A stretch of 51,960 nucleotides of DNA, taken from positions 1 through 51,960 of the IMG/VR virus record IMGVR_UViG_3300012943_000040; one strand, written 5' to 3'. The DNA comes from a virus (lineage: Duplodnaviria > Caudoviricetes). The notes under the pieces were generated by a model, which made no database searches, was not told where the DNA came from, and saw only the letters and a program-made list of their open reading frames with translations. Shown here piece by piece: positions 45,573 through 51,960 of this stretch (positions are counted from its first letter, which is position 1; the number at the start of each line of letters is the position of its first letter). The translations under genes were made by a program, and so were the position numbers.

Positions 45573-47530
45573 TGGTTACACTTAACGATGTCTTTAGTAA
45601 TAGAACCGCTTATACTCTTCGACTCATCGTTACAGAGGGTACAGTCGATGTAGTTAATAACCGATCTGAGGCTGACTGGTCACTCCGCATCGTCGAGACT
45701 AGCGAGTATGGTTCATGGTCGAACTCCGCTCTGACTTGGTCAGTAAACATCGGTGGCCAGACTGCATCTGGTTCTGATACCTACGACTTCCGAAACTACG
45801 ACTCACTGATTCTTGGTAGTGGTACTTTCTGGATTACTCACAACTCTGATGGTACTAAGACCATTAGCGTATCGGGTTCAGCTGGTGGCGGTACTACGAT
45901 CGGTTCTGCTTCAGTTAGTGGTAGCCTTGCTCTAACCGATATCCCCCGAGCTTCCACACCGACATTCTCACCAACCTCGCCAGATGCAGGAACTTCGGTC
46001 ACAATCAATACAAACCGGGCAAGCTCTTCGTTCACTCACACTATTGAGTATAACATTGGCTCTACTGGGTGGGTTACGATCGGTACTGGTATTGGGGCCT
46101 CGACTTCTTGGTCAATTCCTCTCTCGCTTCTTAATGAGTTTCCTAACTCGGCTACAGGGGCAGTCTCAATTCGTACAAAGACGTACAATGGGGCTAGCCT
46201 TATCGGTACTACCACCAAAACATTAAATGTCAAGGCGCCGACCAGCATTGTACCTGATTTCGGTACTGTGACTCATTCCGAAGCCACTACTTCTCCAAAC
46301 GTAGCATCACTTGTTGGGGCTTATGTTCAGAATGTTTCTAAGCTTGCTCTGGCAATTACAAGTGCAGTCGGAGCTTATGGCTCTACGATCACCGGGTATA
46401 AGATCGAGGTCATGTCGGGTTCAACTGTACTACAGACTATTAATGCTGTCTCGGGTACTACTCCAGTTCCTGTTTCAGCTTCTGGTACAATCACCCTACG
46501 AGGTACTGTAACTGATTCTCGAGGCCGTACACATAGTGAAGATGTCACTACAACGTTCTTGGCCTATGCGCCTCCGGTGATTACATCACTATCCCTCGAG
46601 CGAGCCCTGTCAAGCGGGGTACCAGATGACGAGGGCACCTACATTCGTATGAATCTCAATGCCTCGGTGAGTTCGCTGGTTAACGGCACACAGAAGAATG
46701 AACTTCACTACCGTATGAAGACTCGTGATGCTGGTGGATCGACCTGGACTACCACTGCATTCGATGTTGATACTAATGCTCTGACATTCAACAGCTATGA
46801 CAAAGCTGGAACCTATGCTGTTAGTGATTCCTTCGACGTCCTAATCGAGGTTTATGATATCTTCACCACATCAGCTGTACAGGGCGCAGTGCCCGTTGCT
46901 GCAGTCTTCATGCACTGGGACGGCTCGGATGGTGTGGGAATCCTGAAGTATCGCGAGAATGGGGCACTCGATGTAGGGGGTCGAGTTTTTAGTAAGGCTG
47001 CGGGGGTTAGTGGTCAAGTAGAACCTACTGGTTGCATGGTCATGTGGCCCATTAATACTGCCCCTGATGGGTGGTTATTATGTGATGGATCGGCTGTATC
47101 TCGTACTACTTATGCCGATCTTTTCGCCATTCTAGGGACTACCTATGGTACCGGGGACGGATCAACCACATTCAATCTTCCTAACTTCAAGGGTCGTACT
47201 CCCGTAGGTCGAGATTCGGGACAAACTGAGTTCGATACTATTGGCGAGACTGGGGGAGCTAAGACTCATACCCTAACTACAGCTCAACTACCATCGCATA
47301 CTCATCCAGCAGCTGGCGGCTTTGAGTTCCTTGAAATTACTTCTGGGTCTAATGCTGTTATTAATACTACCCAAAGGGCTTTTCCCGCTACGGGCTCTTC
47401 TGCTTATTACATGTATGCTGATGGTCCCGATACTTTAGTAGAAGAAGCTGCAACGGGATCTGCTGGTAGTGGTTCAGCTCACAACAACCTTCAGCCTTAT
47501 CTTACGGTAAATATGATCATTAAGATCTAA
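45572..47530 (+). CDS. minor tail protein (DUF859-like) with C-terminal tail-collar domain
   Basis: HNSDGTKT, IPRAS, VTDSRGR motifs; collar APDGWLLCDGSAVSRTTYADLF...FNLPNFKGR...HNNLQPY. Confidence 0.8.
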   Translation: MVTLNDVFSNRTAYTLRLIVTEGTVDVVNNRSEADWSLRIVETSEYGSWSNSALTWSVNIGGQTASGSDTYDFRNYDSLILGSGTFWITHNSDGTKTISVSGSAGGGTTIGSASVSGSLALTDIPRASTPTFSPTSPDAGTSVTINTNRASSSFTHTIEYNIGSTGWVTIGTGIGASTSWSIPLSLLNEFPNSATGAVSIRTKTYNGASLIGTTTKTLNVKAPTSIVPDFGTVTHSEATTSPNVASLVGAYVQNVSKLALAITSAVGAYGSTITGYKIEVMSGSTVLQTINAVSGTTPVPVSASGTITLRGTVTDSRGRTHSEDVTTTFLAYAPPVITSLSLERALSSGVPDDEGTYIRMNLNASVSSLVNGTQKNELHYRMKTRDAGGSTWTTTAFDVDTNALTFNSYDKAGTYAVSDSFDVLIEVYDIFTTSAVQGAVPVAAVFMHWDGSDGVGILKYRENGALDVGGRVFSKAAGVSGQVEPTGCMVMWPINTAPDGWLLCDGSAVSRTTYADLFAILGTTYGTGDGSTTFNLPNFKGRTPVGRDSGQTEFDTIGETGGAKTHTLTTAQLPSHTHPAAGGFEFLEITSGSNAVINTTQRAFPATGSSAYYMYADGPDTLVEEAATGSAGSGSAHNNLQPYLTVNMIIKI

Positions 47531-47796
47531 CATAGAACGTGCCCCCAGAGTCCGCAGACTAAGGAGGCAGTTCCGCAACCCGGGTGATCAGCGCGGGGAT
47601 TCAGCCGAAGCTAAAGCTCGATCAAAGCGTTCCCCTCCAGGCGCGAGAAGATCATATCATGCGAGCATCGATGCATCATCATCGAAGGACTGCCGATATC
47701 GCGCGCTCAGAGAGGGCCAGAATCGCTGTAATAGGGTGACGTCGAGTGATCAATGGGTGCGCGATATCAGGCGATTAGGAAAATCCCTACACGCAA

Positions 47797-47863
47797 CCCT
47801 GCCCCTGAGGATCTTCCCGGGAAAGATCGGGAACTTGGGGTAGTTCCTCACTCAGGGGCAGGG
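47797..47863. terminator. branched stem-loop between convergent genes
   Basis: 13-bp CCCTGCCCCTGAG/CTCAGGGGCAGGG enclosing two small hairpins. Confidence 0.55.
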
Positions 47864-47884
47864 CTACTAGAACTCGAGACGATC

Positions 47885-48295
47885 TTACTCGTCCTCGAGG
47901 TCCTCCTCGTCGCCCTCGGCCTCAGCCTCGGCAGCCTTCTTGGCAGCGCGCTGGGCCGCCTTGCGGTCCTTCAGCGCCTGGAGCTTCTCGGCCTTGTCCT
48001 GGTCGAGCTCGCCGGCTTCGTAGGCGTCGAGAATCGCGGCGACTCGTGCGTCATCCGCACCGTCGAACTCCCAACGGGCGCGGTTGCCGGCGACGATCTC
48101 GCGGTCGAGTCGACCATCGCGAGCCATCTTGCGGAGGAGGGTACGGAGGTCGCGCGTCTTGACGACCTTGCCGAACTTGACGTTGATGAGGTCCGCGACG
48201 TCAGCGACGCCGAATGCGGTCTCCTCAGCAACCGGGGCAGCCGGCTTAGCGGCGGGCTTGGCGGTCTGCTTCTTGGCAGGAGCCTTTGTTGCCAT
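47885..48295 (-). CDS. HTH-like DNA-binding protein with K/A/P-rich N-terminus
   Basis: SD AAGGAAG before ATG 48295; FGVADVADLI...RDLRTLLRK...ARWEF; high GC3. Confidence 0.7.
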   Translation of the reverse strand: MATKAPAKKQTAKPAAKPAAPVAEETAFGVADVADLINVKFGKVVKTRDLRTLLRKMARDGRLDREIVAGNRARWEFDGADDARVAAILDAYEAGELDQDKAEKLQALKDRKAAQRAAKKAAEAEAEGDEEDLEDE

Positions 48296-48463
48296 GTTGT
48301 CTTCCTTTGTTTCTTTGGGTTTCGTGATCAACCAGATGGTGACCACGGGGGCTCGGTTGGAGCGATGCAAGTACTACTTTACTATACTCACCCCATGCTG
48401 TCAAGGTGGAATGGGCATAAAGAGTACCTTGACGCGGCATGCTCGAGCTGATATAATGGGAGT

Positions 48464-48613
48464 ATGCAAAGGCGAATTGAGCTTCTCGATACCTGTCCTA
48501 GCTGCAAGGCTAAGGGGCAGATGATTGTTGATATGGAGGTGGATATTGGCGTTGTACACCCGACTGTATGGTTCTGCAATCGGTGCTCCTTCACCAAGAT
48601 AAACCATGGCTAG
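48464..48613 (+). CDS. 49-aa zinc-ribbon protein, leaderless (not in ORF track)
   Basis: TTGACG(48429)-17-TATAAT(48452)-6-ATG; CPSC...CNRC. Confidence 0.6.
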   Translation: MQRRIELLDTCPSCKAKGQMIVDMEVDIGVVHPTVWFCNRCSFTKINHG

Positions 48614-48998
48614 CCGATACCTACTCATAGAGTTCGATGATGAAGCCGCGGCGAACTCCTTACGCGCGCAGATTGATAATGCCACCAGGGCGGGGAAACG
48701 CTTCCGAGTCATCGGCTTCTTCGCTAAACCTCGACCACCCTACTGCCGGTGTGGAAAAGAGACAACCACAAAGGCTCAACCTTCAACGTTACGACGAGGT
48801 CGCAAGTTTGGATGGTACGTATGTACTGTCTGCAAGCGCCCCTCCTCTTCAATCTCGGGGTTGGTGAACTTGATTAAACCCTCTGATATCATTGACCCAT
48901 CGTTGTATGATCCCATCCATACTCAGTATGGAACCGAGCCGCTGATGTCTTATCCATTAAGCCTCAGCCTACTGCCCAGACGGAGAGATTCCGACTAA
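48606..48998 (+). CDS. hypothetical Zn-binding protein
   Basis: CRC...CTVC; coupled starts. Confidence 0.6.
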   Translation: MASRYLLIEFDDEAAANSLRAQIDNATRAGKRFRVIGFFAKPRPPYCRCGKETTTKAQPSTLRRGRKFGWYVCTVCKRPSSSISGLVNLIKPSDIIDPSLYDPIHTQYGTEPLMSYPLSLSLLPRRRDSD

Positions 48999-49180
48999 TG
49001 TCGTTTCCAGATAACTACATCGAACAGCCTAAACCTTGTATCAGTGGTTGGCCCCATCGGTTCTCTTCTATGGGTCATCCTCTCGCTCATCGATGCATCT
49101 ACTGCCATCGGCCAAAGTGGGTAGAACAGAGGCCGGATCCCGAGCCCTATATCGCGAGTTCACTGCCCAGTGTCCGCTAA
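48998..49180 (+). CDS. small hypothetical protein
   Basis: TAATG coupling; CIYC. Confidence 0.5.
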   Translation: MSFPDNYIEQPKPCISGWPHRFSSMGHPLAHRCIYCHRPKWVEQRPDPEPYIASSLPSVR

Positions 49181-50723
49181 ACTCTACAAATACAAGAAGA
49201 AGCCGTACCATCACCAGGTAGCGGCTCTAAAGGCCGCGCTCACTGCAGAGTCAGATGGCTTCGCTCTACTGATGGAGCCTCGTACTGGCAAGACCAAAGT
49301 CGCCATCGACTACATTGCCATCATGCATCAGTTCCATGGAATCAATCGGGTGATGGTCGCCGGGCCAACTGTCGTTATCGAGGTGTGGAAAGATCAACTC
49401 AAAGAGAACATGCCTTACCGGTATCGTTTAACGATCTGGAATCGTAAAGGGCGGAAAGAATATGCCCTACCTCCCTATGGCCAGGACATTCTCGACATCG
49501 TTCTAATTAACTACGATGCTTTCAGTGTTCCTGGGGCATTTCGAGTTCATCGATCCGGACCTAACAAAGGACAATACGTCGAGGTTGACGGAACTAAGGT
49601 TCGAGGACGAACCGGTGGTCGCTTCGACATGATCAAACAGTTCAAGCGTTGGCAGCCTCAGTTAATCATTCTTGATGAAAGCCACCGTATCAAGAACCCC
49701 AGCGCCAAGAAGTCGACAGCCCTCCACACCCTGGGGCCGTATGCGGAGAAGCGTATGCTTCTGACCGGTACAGTTGTGACGAAGTCGAAGCGACTCCATG
49801 ATATCTACAGCCAATGGAAGTTCTTGAATCCTCAGCGATTCCTGGCTGAAGATGGCCAACCAATGAACCAGGGTGAGTTCAAAGCCCGGTATGGTCGGTT
49901 CCGTAACATGGGCAACTACGAGAAGTGGCTCGGTAATACTCATGAGGATGAACTCCACGAACTGATACATCGTGATGCCTTCAGTATTACTCGCGAGGAA
50001 TGCTACGATCTGCCCCCCGTAACGCCTCAGATAATCCATGTCGATCTAGAAGAAAGTGCCGAGCCGTACGACCAGATGGCTGAAGATATGGTCGCGAGGA
50101 TTCACTCTGGGGAGATTACTGAAGCATCGATTCGACTAGTACAACGACTTCGACTTCAGCAGATTACTTCGGGATTGGCAAAGACTTCACCTACCAAAGA
50201 GCACCCTAAGGGTCGCCTTGTGGTTATTGGTAGTGAGAAACTTCGGATGATTGAATCTCGGCTTGAAGATCTGATGGAAGCCGATGAGAAAGTAGTCATT
50301 GGGGCTCTGTTCAAGGGGGATATTGCTCGACTTCTTGATCTAGGCAAGAAGCTCAAGGTACCAACATTCTCGATCTATGGAGGGATGAAACAAAGTGACA
50401 GAGATAAAGCCCCTCGAGAATTCGCAAGAGTCCGAGGAGGAGCTATCTTTATCGGACAGCCAGCAGCTGCGGGCGAGGCTATTGATCTGTCGGCAGCGAG
50501 CATTCTACAGTGGTACAGTCTGCCCTCCTCCTGGGTGAACTTCCAGCAGTTCTCCGATCGTATCGCCCTGAGCGATAAACCTAAGTTCCATGAGTTCTAT
50601 CTCGCACGAGGTACAGTCGATGAGCTCATGTATGAAACTCTCCTTGAAGACGGCGACGTCGGCAAGAAGATGATCCAGAGCCCAGAGCGACTACTCCGCC
50701 TTGGTCAGGTATTGCATCATTGA
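49170..50723 (+). CDS. SNF2-like superfamily 2 DNA helicase
   Basis: MEPRTGKT, ILDESHRIKN, LLTGT, GEAIDLSAA, QFSDRI motifs. Confidence 0.88.
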   Translation: MSAKLYKYKKKPYHHQVAALKAALTAESDGFALLMEPRTGKTKVAIDYIAIMHQFHGINRVMVAGPTVVIEVWKDQLKENMPYRYRLTIWNRKGRKEYALPPYGQDILDIVLINYDAFSVPGAFRVHRSGPNKGQYVEVDGTKVRGRTGGRFDMIKQFKRWQPQLIILDESHRIKNPSAKKSTALHTLGPYAEKRMLLTGTVVTKSKRLHDIYSQWKFLNPQRFLAEDGQPMNQGEFKARYGRFRNMGNYEKWLGNTHEDELHELIHRDAFSITREECYDLPPVTPQIIHVDLEESAEPYDQMAEDMVARIHSGEITEASIRLVQRLRLQQITSGLAKTSPTKEHPKGRLVVIGSEKLRMIESRLEDLMEADEKVVIGALFKGDIARLLDLGKKLKVPTFSIYGGMKQSDRDKAPREFARVRGGAIFIGQPAAAGEAIDLSAASILQWYSLPSSWVNFQQFSDRIALSDKPKFHEFYLARGTVDELMYETLLEDGDVGKKMIQSPERLLRLGQVLHH

Positions 50724-50754
50724 CTCATTGACCAGAATTAGATATTATCTTTAC

Positions 50755-51174
50755 ATGGTCAACGAAACTAAGAAGTGCTCTACTTGTAAGGAGTCAAAAT
50801 CGTTGACTGAGTTTGCTAAAGCATCTCGTAATAAAGATGGTTTACAGTACTCTTGTAGATCTTGTAACAATGAAACTCAAAGGAAGAGGCGAGCGGCTAA
50901 CCCCTCGGTGGGTCAAAAACAGCATCATCGACAAAGACGTCGAAAGTATGGACTGACCCAGGAACAGTATGATCGTATACAAGATGAGCGAGGATTACCT
51001 TGTCCCCTTTGTGGTATTAGACCTAGAAGCACCATAGATCATGATCATAAGACTGGTAAGTTTCGCGGTCACATCTGCACATCATGTAACGTATCCATTG
51101 GTTTACTCGGAGACAGCATCGAGTCGATAACTAGAGTTTTACAGTATTTGACTGGAGAACTAAGAGAATGGTAG
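50755..51174 (+). CDS. endonuclease VII-family HNH nuclease with N-terminal zinc finger (probable homing endonuclease)
   Basis: CSTC...CRSC; CPLC...IDHDH.TGKFRGHICTSCN; lower GC; TTGACT(50720)-17-TATTAT(50743)-6-ATG. Confidence 0.85.
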   Translation: MVNETKKCSTCKESKSLTEFAKASRNKDGLQYSCRSCNNETQRKRRAANPSVGQKQHHRQRRRKYGLTQEQYDRIQDERGLPCPLCGIRPRSTIDHDHKTGKFRGHICTSCNVSIGLLGDSIESITRVLQYLTGELREW

Positions 51175-51181
51175 GATAGTC

Positions 51182-51385
51182 ATGTCGGCCATAAAGGTCT
51201 ACGGTATCGCCATTGGCGATAGTTTCATCGCTGAGGATGGACGACGACTGACCGTAGTGAAGTTTCTTACTCCAGAAAAGATGCACTTGCCCTGGTTGGC
51301 CAAGGTTCAAATTGATAACGGACTAGAAGCTGAAGTCGAAGTGAAAGACCTCAAGACAGAGAACTACCGAAGGATCCAAGAATGA
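51182..51385 (+). CDS. hypothetical protein
   Basis: SD AGGA; ATGA overlap with next gene. Confidence 0.55.
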   Translation: MSAIKVYGIAIGDSFIAEDGRRLTVVKFLTPEKMHLPWLAKVQIDNGLEAEVEVKDLKTENYRRIQE

Positions 51386-51933
51386 TTATCGTAGAAGGAC
51401 CGGATGGGTCGGGTAAAACTACCCTCATTCGACAGCTTCAGGAACGATGGCCTGAGCTCGAGGTAGCCCCTCGGGTTGTGAGCAAAGATGCTGAGGCGAT
51501 GGTCGACCTGAGGCAATGGGTCGATGACAATCTCGCTGAAGGTTTCCAGTATAAGATCTTCGATCGTCACCGACTTATTAGTGAGTTCATCTACGGCCCT
51601 CTTCTTCGTGATGCCCAGCAGCCAGGGTTCACCGACATGACCAACGTCTACCATTGGATGAACCGGATGGCTCAGATTCAGCCAGTTATCATCTACTGCA
51701 TTCCGCCCCTCGAGATAGTACGAGCTAATGTTCTTCGAGACGTTGAGAACAAAGTTGTTCATAATCGGATCGATGGTATGTATACTGCGTATGTACATCG
51801 AGCAGCTATTGATCTGACCGGTGGCATCTTCAACACAATTGTCTACGACTACACCCAGCCGGGTGAAGATTCTGTAGCTATTTTTACCCCGTTTATCAAC
51901 TATGCGAAAGGCAGGGCCGATCTTGGCTTCTAA
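51382..51933 (+). CDS. thymidylate kinase-like P-loop nucleotide kinase
   Basis: MIIVEGPDGSGKTT; IFDRHRLISEFIYG. Confidence 0.8.
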   Translation: MIIVEGPDGSGKTTLIRQLQERWPELEVAPRVVSKDAEAMVDLRQWVDDNLAEGFQYKIFDRHRLISEFIYGPLLRDAQQPGFTDMTNVYHWMNRMAQIQPVIIYCIPPLEIVRANVLRDVENKVVHNRIDGMYTAYVHRAAIDLTGGIFNTIVYDYTQPGEDSVAIFTPFINYAKGRADLGF

Positions 51934-51960
51934 CTTCCATGACGTAGGCAACTTCCACGA
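51902..51960 (+). CDS. partial ORF, possibly MazG-like nucleotide pyrophosphohydrolase (truncated by window end)
   Basis: SNFHDVGNFH resembles the N-terminus of phage MazG/PRA-PH-like proteins; only ~19 codons visible. Confidence 0.3.
   Translation, partial: MRKAGPILASNFHDVGNFH

Noticed and set aside
1-51960. Integrase/repressor lysogeny module, diversity-generating retroelement or transposase
   Set aside because: No recombinase, reverse transcriptase or transposase motifs in any ORF in this window; the remainder of the genome is not visible

Overview
This window is most of a lytic-looking tailed dsDNA actinobacteriophage genome of siphovirus type. A Micrococcales-like host is inferred from codon use, promoter style, the LAxTG sortase signal and the short-arm tRNA-Leu(UAA). 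No integrase or CRISPR array was seen. Layout: (1) 1-7.9 kb, replication and DNA-binding genes (SSB-like, VRR-NUC, primase-helicase, HTH proteins). (2) 7.9-14.6 kb, a GC-rich putative early module between two strand-skewed non-coding tracts, built from promoter-gene(s)-terminator cassettes. These are punctuated by five copies of the perfect palindrome GATAGCTAGCTATC, and seven genes are leaderless and begin ATGACGAAC. (3) 14.7-17.7 kb, small hypothetical genes. (4) 17.77-18.28 kb, a candidate 439-nt structured non-coding RNA abutting tRNA-Leu(UAA). (5) A sortase-anchored surface protein, a JAB protease, a lysis cassette and fibre-like genes upstream of the terminase. (6) 28.1-47.5 kb, head and tail morphogenesis, with a probable +1 frameshift in the tail chaperone. 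(7) 47.9-52 kb, an HTH protein, SNF2-like helicase, EndoVII-type nuclease and nucleotide kinase. The strongest novelty candidates are the tRNA-linked ncRNA and the palindrome-punctuated leaderless cassette array. All product calls come from motif recognition by eye; no database search was run.
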